A stretch of DNA of 64,000 nt from Rhynchobatus australiae (GCA_034780895.1 JAUZTB010000098.1:22928107-22992106); one strand, 5' to 3'; shown: positions 38,595-52,159, counted from the first letter of the stretch. The notes: generated from the letters alone by a model not told the origin. A program made the numbers and translations.

Positions 38595-38712
38595 AAAGTC
38601 AAAAATTGCAGATGCTGGATATATGACATTACAAGTGATAATGCTGGAAAGACCATGTAATTTCTGATGAAGAGTCTTCAACCTGAAACATTAACTCTTT
38701 CTCTTCCAGCAG
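38595..38712. mobile_element. truncated fold-back Penelope terminal repeat with hammerhead-like core
   Basis: TGCAGATGCTGGA..AATGCTGGAAA then CTGATGA-AGAGTCTTCAACCT-GAAA-CATTAAC (38664-38695, + strand). Confidence 0.7.
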
Positions 38713-39906
38713 ACCTCCTTCAGTATATATTTGCCCAGGCTAACATTTGCCACCTGGAGTTTCATATTAATTTCCATTATTCCTGGATACTCAACTCAAG
38801 TTATTAATCTGTAATTCACTCCCTTTTTGAAGTGGGCCAACATTTGTAATGAAATTAAAATTTACCATTTGTATCCACACTTCACAGAATATGGTTAAAG
38901 AGTAGGAAAAAAACAGCAATTGTTTGCAGCTTATGATACAGTACTCAGATTTGCACACACAGGTGCCAATCTACTATTTCCGTTTTGGTTCTGATAATTA
39001 AATCTTTCAACCCTGTAATTCAGGTATATCTAGCTTCTGTGAGTAGTACTGATGTTTATTCTGTGGTCACTAGTTCTTCCCTGGGAACACATGCTGAAAT
39101 AAAGCAGTAAGTGTGCAACAGCCAATTGTTAAGAATTTAATCTTGTTGCTATTGATCTTATTGTTGGAGCAGTGCTAAGTTTAATGGACATTTATGTTGT
39201 TTGCACAAAATGCCAATAACTGTATGTAACCCAGCAATGTCATTGATGCCGTGTAAAGGTTCTAATTCAGCCCATGCAGGTCCTGCAGCTTTTATTAATG
39301 TGATAAATAATTTTATTCTTGCATACTTGCTTGCTCCAAAGACATTGCTGTCTTGTTGCTGACACACGTAGACTTGACCAGTTAAGAAGACCTATTTGAT
39401 GCACAGATCAGCTGGAACTTTTACTTTAGATTAACTACAAAACAATTGATGGAGAAAATTTTCCACATCTTGAAGTTATTTAAAAGGTACAAATGTCTTG
39501 GGGAGTTGATTTTTGACATTATCATACTGCTCTACTCAATAAGAACAAAGCTAGTTTCTTTAATTCCATAGTCCGTTTGTCCACTTCCATTTGAGACTAC
39601 CTATGCAAATTCACAAGGGAGCCGACAGATTTTCAATTTAAATTCCCCAGACTATTGTCTGAACTGTGGAAAATGTCGAAAGAATTTCCAATTTGGCGGT
39701 GAAAGATGTCCCAAATAGATGAATGAGAAATTAATACATTGAATNNNNNNNNNNNNNNNNNNNNNNNNNNNNNNNNNNNNNNNNNNNNNNNNNNNNNNNN
39801 NNNNNNNNNNNNNNNNNNNNNNNNNNNNNNNNNNNNNNNNNNNNGTGCAAAATGGCTGGGAAGTTCATTTTAGTTGTGCATTTATACCATCTCGACACAT
39901 CTTTTT

Positions 39907-40615
39907 ATTGGAAATGGTTTATTATTGTCACTTGTACTGAGGTACAGTGAAAAACCTATCTTGCATACTCTATATGCAGATCAATTCATTACACAGTGCA
40001 TTGAAGTAGTACACGATAAAATGATACAGAATAAAATGTAACAACTGCAGAGAGTGCAGTGCAGGTAGTCAATACGGTGCAAGGTCATAACGAGGTAGAT
40101 TGTGAAATTGAGTCCATCTTATTGTACTTGGGAATCGTTCTATAGCAGGATAGAAGCTGTCCTTGAGCCTGTTGGTATACGCTTTCAGACTTGTGTATCT
40201 TCTGCCGAAGGGTGGTGGGAGAAGAGAGAATGTCCAGCGTGGATGGGGTCTTTGATAATGCTAGCTGCTTTACCAAGGCAGTAAGAGGTATAGACAGAGT
40301 CCATGGAGGGGAGGCTGATTTCTGCGATGTGCTGAGCTGTGTCCACAACTCTGCANNNNNNNNNNNNNNNNNNNNNNNNNNNNNNNNNNNNNNNNNNNNN
40401 NNNNNNNNNNNNNNNNNNNNNNNNNNNNNNNNNNNNNNNNNNNNNNNNNNNNNNNNNNNNNNNNNNNNNNNNNNNNNNNNNNNNNNNNNNNNNNNNNNNN
40501 NNNNNNNNNNNNNNNNNNNNNNNNNNNNNNNNNNNNNNNNNNNNNNNNNNNNNNNNNNNNNNNNGTCGTTCTCCACTGTTGTCAGTCAGCAGAGTCTTGT
40601 ATCCTCTGCCAACTC
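39907..40615 (-). mobile_element. Rex1/Babar LINE 3' portion spanning a gap
   Basis: Collinear with 29386-29900 (ATTGGAAATGGTTTATTATTGTCACTTGTACTGAGGTACAGTGAAAAAC...); after the gap the reverse strand gives LAEDT (cf. FADDT). Confidence 0.85.
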
Positions 40616-41054
40616 CAATCCAATATTCTGAATCTGTCAGTAAGTTAGGGACTTCTGTGTCAAAGGCAGATGTTCCTGACTTGCTTCTGTTTAAACAGAT
40701 AAATGCTGACTCTTGACTGCCAGCATGTACCAGCGAAATGCAGACCCAGTTTTTTTTAGATTAAGTGGTCTCATGGTATCCTCCCAAAAAAAGTAACTCT
40801 GTCTTTCACCTTCATAAAACAAAGTTACAGAAGTCTTGGTTTCTTATGTCCACAGATGGTATCATAATTTGAAGAAAAACACATGCTCAAATCCATAATT
40901 ATTGGAAAGAACAGAAACCTACTTTCTTTGAAATCCTGAATTGCCTCCTGGAGGGGCATATTGTTGATACATAAAACTAATAATTCTATTTGAAGTTGTG
41001 ACTAGTTAAAAGCTTCTGAATTTGCTTGGTTTTGTTTCTTTGAATGTTAACAGT

Positions 41055-41305
41055 TGCTTTGATTGGCAAGTTCCAGTTTGGGGCCTTGAGAAGAGAGGGA
41101 AAGCAGTTTATGGTGGATATTGCTGGGCAAGGAAGGTAGGAGAATGGACTTAATGGAAGAAAATGTCTTTGGATTTGAACTGCATTCTGGAGGATATTCA
41201 GTGATGGGAGAAGAATGGGCAAGGTGTGAAGGGATTCAACGAAGGAGTTTGAGAATTTCAAATTTGATGGACTGCAGTTGAGTTGACACAAGGTACAAGG
41301 TCTGT
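41055..41305 (-). mobile_element. L2 LINE 3' fragment
   Basis: Minus ORF LKFSNSFVESLHTL..NILQ..STINCFPSLLKAPNWNLP resembles FKILILVFKSLHGL..NLLQ..STIGGRAFS..GPKLWNSLP. Confidence 0.5.
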
Positions 41306-41589
41306 AGCATTTCAAGTTAGGTAAATTCTATTGCCTGATTAAGCTGAATGATGAAAAATGCAGAAAGTATCTGCTTGTTGTTGAACCTCCTGCTGCTGGG
41401 AACAGCTTATCCAGAATTATTTTGTCAAAACCCTTGGCTGGGGATGCATTTCTACATTTATGAGTGAATTGTGGTTCAGGGATCAGAAAAGTAGAGAGAT
41501 GAACTGAAAAGAATGACTCAGGAGACCTTAGAAAAGAGAGAATACTTTCCTCACCAAGTGAAATAAAAATGTAAAAGCAAGAAAACTGT

Positions 41590-41985
41590 AGTGAAAACAA
41601 ATGCTAGAAATTCTTAACAGATCAGGCAGTGTCTGTGGGGAGAAACATGTCACAATGAGAAGAGTGTTTTTAGTCCCAGAGAGTGGCTGGTGTGAAGAGA
41701 GCAAGGGGGGATGTCAGTGACTGAGTATAGGCCAAACCAGGGTTGTGAAGCTGACACAATATTTTGAGAGCCATATAGTCAATAGACAAAATACACACAA
41801 ACATATATGCATGCACACACACACACACACAGATATTTTTTTATATATATATGATGAAGAGAGAAAACAAAAAAATCTGCTGGAACTGTTTGTGACAGGT
41901 CACTACTGTTGTTGGAAATCTGATATAAATGGCAATGCCTGAAAAATTCAGCAGATCAGAGATCATTAGTGGAGAAATCACAGAA
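41590..41985 (-). mobile_element. two degenerate Penelope terminal-repeat arms with an intervening (CA)n/(TA)n
   Basis: AAATGCTAGAAATTCTTAACAGATCAGGCAGTGTCTGTGGGGAGAAAC (41598) and GTTGGAAATCTGA..AAATTCAGCAGATCAG (41911); CA run about 41813-41830. Confidence 0.55.
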
Positions 41986-44689
41986 GGAACCCACTCACCT
42001 TTCCCTGAAGACACCACCTACCCTATCTGTGGAATACTCTACAGTTCCCACATTGCATTCTGACATTGTGATAAAACCACAGAACAAATGTCATCCTCAA
42101 CCCCAAGGGCTTGCCAAAATCAAGGAATTATCTTGTGACAAGTGACAGTCTGGTTGGAAATTTGAATCTCTCATTTTTCCCAGATGTTGAAATTAAATCT
42201 CAATTGTTAAGTTATGAGACTGAACTTCAATGCAAATTAATACAAATATGTTTTAAATCCAATTATCAGATAGAGAATGGCAGAGACAGAAAGCGTGTGA
42301 GGATCATTCAGAAGGTTACGAAGAATGCAGTGTAACTGTTAAAAGTAATTCTTCTCATTCCATTGTATTGACTGGTTGACAAGTTTTGTTAAATTAATAC
42401 TTAATGTGTAGTGCATGATGGAGCACCTTCAGATTGTACCACTAAGCACCACAGGACCCCGCTGAACACCCAATATGAGAACTGCAGAGGTGAGAAGATG
42501 AGTCTTTCTCTCCCTGCTAAAAATGGTTGGTACACTTATCAGAGGCCTGGGAGCAGGAAATATGCTGCTATATCGGTGAAGAAAGACCTTCAATAATGTA
42601 AAATCTATCTTTTTTCTATCATTTCAAAATGTCTTTAATAATAATTTCCAGTTTTCAGAATAGGGCACCATTTCCACGAGCTTCATTCACAGCTCAATCA
42701 GACTGCTGTTGGATCTATTCTATATGCTTGATTTCAATGAACGATGACGTGGCAGAGATGCACATTCATGTCTCAGCAAAACAATGGATTCACTGGACAA
42801 AGTATCAATCTCTTTTGTGTTTTCTGATCTTTACANNNNNNNNNNNNNNNNNNNNNNNNNNNNNNNNNNNNNNNNNNNNNNNNNNNNNNNNNNNNNNNNN
42901 NNNNNNNNNNNNNNNNNNNNNNNNNNNNNNNNNNNNNNNNNNNNNNNNNNNNNNNNNNNNNNNNNNNNNNNNNNNNNNNNNNNNNNNNNNNNNNNNNNNN
43001 NNNNNNNNNNNNNNNNNNNNNNNNNNNNNNNNNNNNNNNNNNNNNNNNNNNNNATAAGTAGTTATTAATAAAGTAGTTTTTAATACTTATACATGTCTCG
43101 GTGTGTTTCTTTTGTTGCTGGTTCGTAACAGATAGCAAAGAAAAAAGTGTCTGTTTTGGATGTAGATTTTCTCTGGTGTGCTTTATAAACCTGTGGAGGA
43201 GTTGTATTTGCATTATCGTTAGTCCAAAACAGCTTGAATGTCGATGTGATTTGCCTTGCTTGGCATTTGGAGATTTGGCGAAGAGAAATGAACCCGATAT
43301 TATGGAATAAACACTATGATTGACAAACAAATCAAAAAGACTTCAGAATGTAGTACAGTGGACACAAGGTCAAGCTTGTGAGAAGGGAAATTTAAAACTG
43401 GTATTAAGAAGATTTTATCACAGGTGTGAAGCATTCCGTCAGCTGCGGTGGTATAATTATGTGCCTTGACCAACAAATCAGAGAGATGTCCAATATTTTT
43501 ATCTCATTGGCTGCCTCAGTGTTTACCATGGGTGCTCACAGGTCATTTATCAAGTTTAAGTCCATTCATTTGCATCTGCTAGCTGTTCTCAAAATGAATA
43601 GAGTGGTCATTTTGGGTTTATCCATCAAGGGAATAACAGCGCTGTTCCAGGACTCTGTTGCAACAAACCAGTGCAACAATGATCATGTCCAAATTCAGTG
43701 GGCAAGCAAACTTGTGGATTCTCTGGGGGGGAACAACCCTGCCATAATTGATGGTACCTGTTTGCTATTGGTGCAATGAGCCAAATGGTTCCCTGTATAT
43801 GTTAACAGGGCATAATTTAATCCATTGCATGTGAAGCACTTGGAGAAGTAACATGGTGCTTTAAAAATCTGTTAGTAATACTTAGTTATAAAACTGACAC
43901 TGTGGTTTGAAAATATCATCAAAGGAAAATGAGTGTTAATATGTACTAATTTAATTTAGTTTAGAATTAATTAAATTTGAATCTTTGAGAAGTCTGTTTA
44001 TTGACTGAATGATCTCAGAGTTATTTGGAGCATTAAGAGCATTTGGTTGAAAATGCACAGATCGTTTTACAGAATGTCTGATAAGTTGGCTACATCAACA
44101 GTGCTGTAATCCTATGCAAATTCAACTCTTGGAAATGGTGCATAGTGCTGAAATATTGAATCTCCACAAGTAATCTTGTTACAGTTAATTGAACAGTTTT
44201 ATTAAATAAATTGTAAATAAACCAGGTTGTTATCTTTCTTTCTCAACTCATTTTTACGGCTGATTGAGTATCAGTTTCAGAGTTGCCTCTGAGTGGGTCG
44301 AAGCTTTCGTACCTGATCATCTGAAGAAGACTCAGTCAACAGAGTTCCTATTGTGGAGTCTAATCACATAAGTGCTGCCCTGTTGATCTTTTCATTGACT
44401 TTATGGATGAGCTGCTGCTTCTCCCCAGAAGAAGTTGGTCAGTGAAGGTTATTGGCATGTGCTAACACTTAAAGACAGATGTTAATCTCTGGCACCTGAC
44501 AGTTGTGTGGTTGAAAGGTTTGCTATCTGATAATGGATTGCCAGGTTTCAGGGATATAAGGTATGGGTGCAAAGTCCTTTCAGTGAGCATTCTGGTGTTT
44601 ACCGGTCAAATAAAATGTTGAAAGGGACTATTGAGGGAAAAAATAGCTTGGTGCTCCCATCTTCTCACGAGGTAAAGGATTGGCCTCTC

Positions 44690-45080
44690 TATAGCAAACA
44701 GAAATTGGAAGAGCAACATCTAGTACTCTGCAGGGGTAGCTTCCAACTTAATGGTTTGAATATTGAACTTTGCAGTTTCAAGTAACCCACACCCACTCTG
44801 TTCTCCTCCCACACGTACTCACCCATCCACCTAGTTTTCTTCTTCTCCCTTTGTTTTCCTCCCCATCTGGCTCCAGCTATCACCCACTAGCCACCATCTT
44901 GCCTCCCCTGCCCCCTCTATATATTGGCCGCTTTTCTTCCCTCTCAGTCAGGATTCAGGGTCATGACCTAAAACAGAGACTTGCTCCTTTTGCCTCCACA
45001 TTTGCTGCCTGACTCGCTGAGTTTTTCCAGTATTCTTTTTTTTGTTCCAGATTCCAGCATTTGCAGTCTCTCTTTTATCT
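44690..45080 (+). mobile_element. 5'-truncated Penelope-like element: GIY-YIG C-terminus, 3' UTR and terminal repeat
   Basis: ORF 44567-44785 ends KQKLEEQHLVLCRGSFQLNGLNIELCSFK* (cf. PLE RKLEEQHLIFRLG.LQP.GLNIEF.NF), followed by a C/T-rich UTR and the terminal repeat. Confidence 0.85.
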
Positions 45081-48000
45081 TCATTCATTTATCATGTCTT
45101 TGGAGATAGTTCAAAATAAAAGCTACATCAAAGTTTCCATGTAACACTTCATATTTCTGTTCTCATCATGCTTGTTTTAGAGTCTTGAGCAACCCTTCTT
45201 GTCTCCATTATTATACAAGACTGGGTTAACTCCCGACATTTTTCTTTGGTAATACCCAAAATTTCTCACCAGTTCTGCTGCTTTCCAACTTCTAGTCAGC
45301 ATGAGACAGTGGCAGCAGACAGTGCAATTATTATCTGAGGTTTTGAGTTTCTCTGTTTCTCTATGGGGGCCTAATTACATAGAATATGTCAGATCGCAGT
45401 GCGCTATCTTACTGTTAAGTTTATTCAGAAGGGAAGAAAGAAGGAGAAAAAATATTTTCGCATAGTGCCTTTCAATTCCTCTTTGATGGTTTGAAGATTG
45501 CAGCTAGTGACGTTCACTTTAAATGTTGTCACTCTCGTAGGAAATTGGGGTGGGGGGGGAGGTGTGGATCATTGCTACTCAATCAACAATAAAAACAAGT
45601 TGTACATCATCAAATTTCTGTTTCTGGAACTTTACTGTGCAAAATTGTCTGCATCCTAATTGCATTTTTCAACATTATGTCAGGCAACCAGAGAGGGCAG
45701 CTTGTCATTTCAAAGACAGCATCTCTCAAGGTCCAGCCATTCTTAAATATCGTGCAGTATGTATCGGCCTGGGTTATGTTTTCAGATATTTGAAGCTGAC
45801 CTGAACTCTCGTCCTCCAATTCTGAGGCGCGAAGATCAGAAGGAGCACTGCACACCATTCGCTAATTGTATTCCAGAAGATTTCACCCATGTGTTGTTGT
45901 GTTTCTGGATGACTTGATGCTTCACCAAGGGCCCAGGTTTGGTCAGAGGGAGTTCAGTGGCATCATTTGCTGGTCAGACCACTGTGGTGTGATTCTCTGA
46001 GCAACCCAATTTACACTCTCAGCAAGACACTGATGTTTGAACTGCCTGTGAGAGTAGTAAAAGCTGCAGGGCAGTGTTGGCTTCATCTGCTGCATTCAGA
46101 TAGATTGCAGTTTCTTGTGTGGGAACAGAAAGGGCAAAGCTTCAAGGGAGTCGTATTGATACTGAATCATTAAAAGGGAAGGTTTGTGTAAGCATTGATG
46201 AACTGAATAACCTTGTATATCCTTGATTCTCTTCCATTACATAAAAATGGGACTCGTTATGTTTGGATAGAAACATCAATTTGGACAGGTTAACACAATC
46301 GGCTTTAATTCCTTAATCAGACTTCTTGCATTTTGCAGCCTATTTTAGATTGCACTGATCAATCTGTTGGGAATGAATGAAGATGTATCAAGTTATGCAA
46401 GTTGCAAAAGCTGCCTGACACCTCACTTTGTGATTCCCTGCAGAGCGCTGATTCATTATGTTGTTCTCAGTCTTCCAGTCTGAACACATTGCAGTATGTA
46501 TCCCTGTATCTTTTGAAAAAAATATGCCTGCATTCTGCTGCAATGAGACCCTGGTGCAAATTCTTGACCTTTTGCAGTGTTCACCCAACAAAGGGTCACT
46601 GCATTGCTTAGTGGAGAGGCATCATCTGGGGGATTGGTGTTGAGTGAGCTTGGCGACTGGTGCAGTCACTCCATGTTGAGATGTGACGCTCAGGGCTGCA
46701 ATTAGGCTGACACAGAGACCTGGTTGCCCTTGCTGGGAACTGACGGTGCTTGCTCCATGTGTTGACACACTGCCTTTCTTGAGCCCAGAGCTTTGTTAAT
46801 AAGCTGATCACGCCAATCACAGAGAGGGGAGAGGCAGCAGCTTCCATCACATCCAACTGGAACCATAGGAACGATAGAGACCATCGGAATCGCATTCAAC
46901 ATAGGGAGCAAGCACCGCCAGTCCCCAGCAATGACCCACATTCATTTTAGTGGCCAGGGTGCAGCTTTGAGCCCCTGATCTTAGTGTTGAATTGGCACAT
47001 CGCTAGCTCATGCCCACCAACCACCAGCCAGTTTCTCCACACTGAACTGTGGGGCAATGGATTGCTGGCTTTGTGCCAGCTTCCCAACACATCAGTGGGC
47101 AGCAGTGGGGAAGGCAGGGGTGCATGCCAGATTCTTGGCATACCAGCAAGCAAGGCAAAAGTTCGTTTTCAGGTTAGTAGTAAAGCAGCAATGTCAGTAA
47201 TGCATCTCTCTGGATGCAATGCTATGACTCCCCTCAGCAGTAGTGCTCTCATCCTCAGTGCTGAGTGAGATAGCAATATCATATTTTTACTGGTGAGTTT
47301 GAGCTGCCATCAAAATGCACTGCAGATAAAATGAAAGTTTACAGAGATCTCCAAAGAGTGGGACTGTCTGCACTTCCAAACAGGAGATGCAGATTTTCTG
47401 TCTTCAGTTTTGATTATTGGATTTTAGTAACAGTTGCAAAAGGATGATGTATCTGGAAGATGTATAGCTTATTGTGCTATTTTAGCTTGCTAATGATGCT
47501 CACATTATTGCTCTGCATTTTGAAAATGTTAAACTTTCAGTGATCAAGCAAAGTTTGCCAAGTTTAACAGGTTTCATTCAGCATAGTTTTCTGCAATTAC
47601 ACAAAAAAATAAATGCACATAATTAACTATTTTTATTTCTCTGAAAATTAGTGTTAGAAAACGAGACCTCTGGTAGAAAGCAGCAATGTAAGTTTGGGGA
47701 TCCAGATTTGTAGTGTTTTCCATTTGCTATAAACTTCATTTAATAATTGATACACTATCCAGCTGTTATCTCATGACATGTTTTAAATTGTGTCCATATT
47801 GATAACTGATGCATCAGTTCCTTTACTAAACTGGTTGACCTATGTTTTTCGCACTTGGGCTTTTTATGTTAATGAAACAACAACATTGCTTGTTATTTTG
47901 CAGTGGTGAATTCAGTTTGCAAGTTATCAGGTGAGATGCAAATGCATTTTCATGAGACTGCAACAGATTTCATGACAAAATGTATGCACTGCATCATAAG

Positions 48001-48184
48001 TGCACAATTGCTGAATTGAATGGGATGATGTCCAACCAGTCCTCATTAGTGATAAAATGAGCTCTCTTAAACAATTTTGTTGTTGATGACATTTTGAGCA
48101 GGAAGCAAAACACAAATTATTTCTCAGAACATGCCGGAATTCATGTAAAAACAGAGCCACCCTGACCAAAGAAACGGAGAGTTA

Positions 48185-49545
48185 GCAGCTGAAAGCTGCA
48201 GATGCTGGAAATCCAAAAAACACACTGCTGGAAGCACTCAACAGGCCAAACAGCATCAGTGGGGAGAGAAACTGAATCAGCATTTTAGGTCAAGGATCCT
48301 TCATCAGAGGTAGAAAACTGAGGTAATAACTATGTTTTAACTTGATTGAGTTGAACAGAGAGATGGAATGCATGTTAGAGAGTGTAGACCAAGTAGTCAA
48401 GATAACAATTACTTTTAAAAGTGGGCAGAAAAGCAAAATGAAAGAAATTGAGACAAATTTGCAGCCAAGTTCATGAAAGTAAAGAGAGAGGTGTTACCTG
48501 AGGGTTGTCACATACCCAGACAAAAGCTGAGGTGCTGCTTGTCCCACTTATGTTGGGCATTGTTGGAGACCTGAGTAAGAATAGGATGGAGAACTGAAGT
48601 GACAGGAGACTCATTGCCCTTGCAGATTGAACATAAATGCTTTGCAAAGCAGTCATCCAATCAATAGTGTTTTCTCCAGTGTAAAGGAGGCTGTATGATG
48701 AGCACTGAATGCAATACTCCAGATTGGAATTGCCACTACATGTGGAAGTACTGTTTGCAGGAAGGAATGAAGTGAAAGCAGATATACATTCCCTATGATT
48801 GAATGGGAAAGTTCTGGGAGAACAGGAGTGTTTGGTGGAGATGGGAAAGGGGATCAGGAAATCTTGGATGGATTAGTCCCTTCAGAATGTTGCTAGGTAT
48901 GGAGGACGAGTCAGTGGTGGAATCTTGTTGGAAGAAGCAGAAATTATGGATGATGACTAGTGTGGAGGATGCAAGATGAGATCAAAGAGAACTCTTGTTC
49001 CAGCTGGGAGGGAGAGAGCAGAACTGTGAGAAATAGGTGAAGTGTTGTTGAGAGCTTAGTAGCTATTGTCAAGGGAAAGTCACAGTCAAAGAAAAAAACT
49101 GTAAACCAACTGGTGTACAAGGTCTTGTCATCAGAGCAGAGAGGATGAGATAGAAAACTGGGTGGATAGAAAACTTCCACTCTGAGCTCTGTCTTTGGTC
49201 TCCTGCATTGTTTCATCAACACACAGAATTGGCTTGAGGAAAGCTGCCTCAGTTTTTGTCGGTTGCATTAGAACTAACAGGGCTGAATAATGAATTTCAA
49301 AATTTTAGGTAGCCCTCTTTCTCTCTTGACACAGATGTTGACTGTAGCTTTCTGTTTCAACGTGTTTCTTTTTTTGTGCAGTCCCCATATCACAGACATA
49401 CCCCTGCTCTCTCCATCCTTCCCCCTCACCACAACTTACAGTGCTCATCTCACTTTTCAATTCTGATGAAGGGTCCTTGATCTGAAATGTCAACTGTTTC
49501 TCTTCTCTTGCTTGACCTTTGGAGTGCTTCCAGAATCATTTTTTT
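48185..49545. mobile_element. Penelope-like element with internal inversion, bounded by inverted terminal repeats
   Basis: Minus strand 48730-48620 SNLEYCIQCSSYSLLYTGE..DCFAKHLCSIC (GIY-YIG); plus strand 49180-49311 GLLHC..LEE..TGLNNEFQNFR*; arms at 48185-48310 (-) and 49455-49545 (+), both with CTGATGAAG. Confidence 0.8.
49458..49496 (+). ncRNA. minimal hammerhead ribozyme-like motif (PLE type)
   Basis: CAAUU-CUGAUGA-A-GGGUC-CUU-GAUCU-GAAA-UGUC-AACUG: both conserved boxes, stem II with G-U pairs, GUC triplet, 4/5 bp stem I. Confidence 0.55.
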
Positions 49546-50156
49546 TAAGGGAGAATTAAGCACCTTGAAATGGGACAAAACCCCATTTTCTCCAAGTTGT
49601 GTCTGACTTTGCTGTGCAGAATTTCTTTGTTTCTTTCCTCTATTGAAAAGTCAATTATGATCAGAAAGATGGTGTCTGATTTGAATGCCAGTGCCAAGAA
49701 ATCATGAATTCATACTTTTTATTGAGAATGAAGTGGGGGTGGTGGAGGGGCTACCAGGAAAAAAGTTATAAAAATAGCATGTTTGAGAATGGCATGTTTG
49801 TAATGGGCTGCTTGAATGGCAGTAATGTCAAATTCTAAAGTTTATAGTAAAGAGACATCTGACGGTATATTTATAGGCAGCACATTGGTGGCAGTAGTTC
49901 AAGCATGGTCACTGTGTAAACATTGGATTCCCTTTTATGCTTTAAGTGCTTAGGGCTGTAGGTCAGCAATGAAGGAGAAAGTTTATTTTATTTGTTTAAC
50001 CTTGTGTGAATTTCTGCAGTAATCTACGAACATATTTAGACCCATGTTCCTGATGTGAGTAAAGCATATGACTCAAATAAGTTTTTAGTCGGGAAAAAAA
50101 AGTAAATGAGTGCTTTATTTGACATTACTGACTCTCGGGCCAGGTTTGCAACTTGG

Positions 50157-50304
50157 CGACACAACGGATTGCAGATGCCAGAATCTGGAGCAAAACAAAA
50201 CAAACTGCTGGAGGAGCTCAGCGGATTCAGCAGCATCTGTGGAGGCAAAAAATGGTCAATGTTTCAGGCCAGGACCCACTGATTTCCTCGAGCACTTTGT
50301 TCTA
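50157..50304 (-). mobile_element. Penelope terminal repeat with short fold-back, TSD-like flanks
   Basis: GACACAA..TGCAGATGCCAGAATCTGGAGCAA..CTGCTGGAGGAGCTCAGCGG; flanks TGCAACTTGG (50147-50156) and TGTAACTTGG (50305-50314). Confidence 0.8.
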
Positions 50305-50959
50305 TGTAACTTGGTCTCAGGGCATTGAACCATTGACATCAGAAAATTGTTCTGGCAAATTGTTCAGTTTTGGTAAAGAAGTATTTCCACTTGGGCACTG
50401 ATGTTACATTGATGATATTGCTCTTCAGCAGGCAGTTTAATGCTTCACACATTTGTTAATTATTTTGCTGCAAACAGAAGACCTCCCTGTGTAGCAATCT
50501 GTATTGGGCAAGTTCTAAAATTTTCCAGTGCATCAGTGTTTAGTCTATTGTCATCGAGTGCAATGAAATTCCTTGTTCACATGAAGCTTGTAGAATAAAC
50601 AGTATACATGGTAATAATAAATACAAATACAAAAATAAGTACAACGATGAGCACAAAAACAGCAAAAATAATCATTCAAATCTTTGGCTTCAAATGGCTT
50701 TGACCTGCCCTGAAATGCAGTGGTTTGTTTTTCTGTAGAATATAGGTCGGCGAGTTCTTTATCTGAGAAAAAAATAATGACCACAGTGTGAAGTATTGCA
50801 GCTATGTGATCAGTTTCATGCCCTTGGCATTTTATCCCCTTGAGTTTTGGACTGAACAAGATAACATTTGAAGGAAGCACCTTTCCTGATACCATTAGTT
50901 GTCTTGTGAGGGGCACAAAGCCAGTATTGCTGCATGGGTGAACAAACCTGAAATGAATT

Positions 50960-51585
50960 GCAGAGGAGATTCACCAGGATCTTGCTTGGATTGGAGGACT
51001 TGTATTATGGGGGGAGATTGGATAGGCTGGGCTTGTTGGAGCAAAGGAGGCTGAGGGTGACCTGACAGAAGTATATAATATTATGAAAGGCCTAGATTGG
51101 ACAGAGTCAGAATCTTTTTTCCCATGTAGGGGTATGGAACATAGAACTATACAGCACAGGAAGAGGTCCTTCGTCCCATGATGACATGTTTCATGCCATT
51201 TGAAACAAATCCCATCTGCCTGCACATTGTCTATATCCCTCCATTCCCTGCCTGTTCATGTGCTTGTCTAAATTCCTTGTAAATGTTGCTATTGTATCAA
51301 AAACTAGGGCATAGGTTTAAGGTGAGTGGTAGGAGATTTAAAGGGGATTTTATCGGTAATTTTTTAAACATTGGTTTATGTTAAAAACATGCTGCCAGAG
51401 AAGGTGGTAGAATTAGATACTTTACAATATTTAGGAATCACTTTGGCAGGCACTTGAATAGGCAAGGCATGGAAGGATATCGTCCTGAAATGGGCAAATG
51501 GGATTAGTGAAGATGGGCAAAAAGATTATCTGTAAATGGTGGGCCGAAGGGTGCGTTTTTGTGCTGTACAACCCTGACTCTATGA
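50960..51585 (+). mobile_element. CR1 LINE 3' end with nested inverted CR1 tail (51137-51298)
   Basis: GAGGAGATTCACCAGGAT..GGCTGAGGGTGACCTGACAGAAGTATATAA..CTAGGGCATAGGTTTAAGGTGAG..GGGCCGAAGGG..GTGCTGTAC; insert begins AACATAGAACTATACAGCACAGG. Confidence 0.9.
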
Positions 51586-52159
51586 GCTCCCCAGTGGATC
51601 TGCTGGACTTTACAGCTTTCTTCTCAAATACTCATTACAAAAGCAGCTTTAGGAAGTCTCATTAAACAGTGCAGGGAGCCTCAGGATCTAATGAACCTTC
51701 GAGCTTCCCATATAATAATCCAAGAAATTGAGATGAAATATTTTGGATAAAAAGAAATATGCATCAAGCAAAGCAGAGAATGAAGAGCAAGGAGAGTGCA
51801 TGGCATTGTTCTTTTAACTTCATGTGGTGTTGTCTGGCTCATGGGGAATCAGATGGAGAAAGCAGCATTGTCATCTTGCACAAGTAAAATTCTATTGTGA
51901 ACTTTTGAGAAGAAGACATGGAGGAGAAAGGTTCTGTGTATCCAAGAGAACCAAGTGGAAAAGTTATGATTGTTTCTCTAAGTTGGTTGAATTCATTGAT
52001 GAAGTTGGAAGAGAATGGGTGGAATGTTTGTGATTTTTCAAACAGTGAAGATTGTGCTCTCTTCAAGCTTTTAATATTAATAATGATTGGTGATGGCTTT
52101 CATCAGTGTGCAGTATGACTTGCTAGACAGTTGAAATTGATGGGTCTGTGCAGGGTGTA

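Noticed and set aside
45610-45920. Protein-like readings (minus ORF ..SELEDESSGQLQ.., plus IFEADLNSRPPILRRED..)
   Set aside because: No recognisable family and no clear splice donor; could be chance
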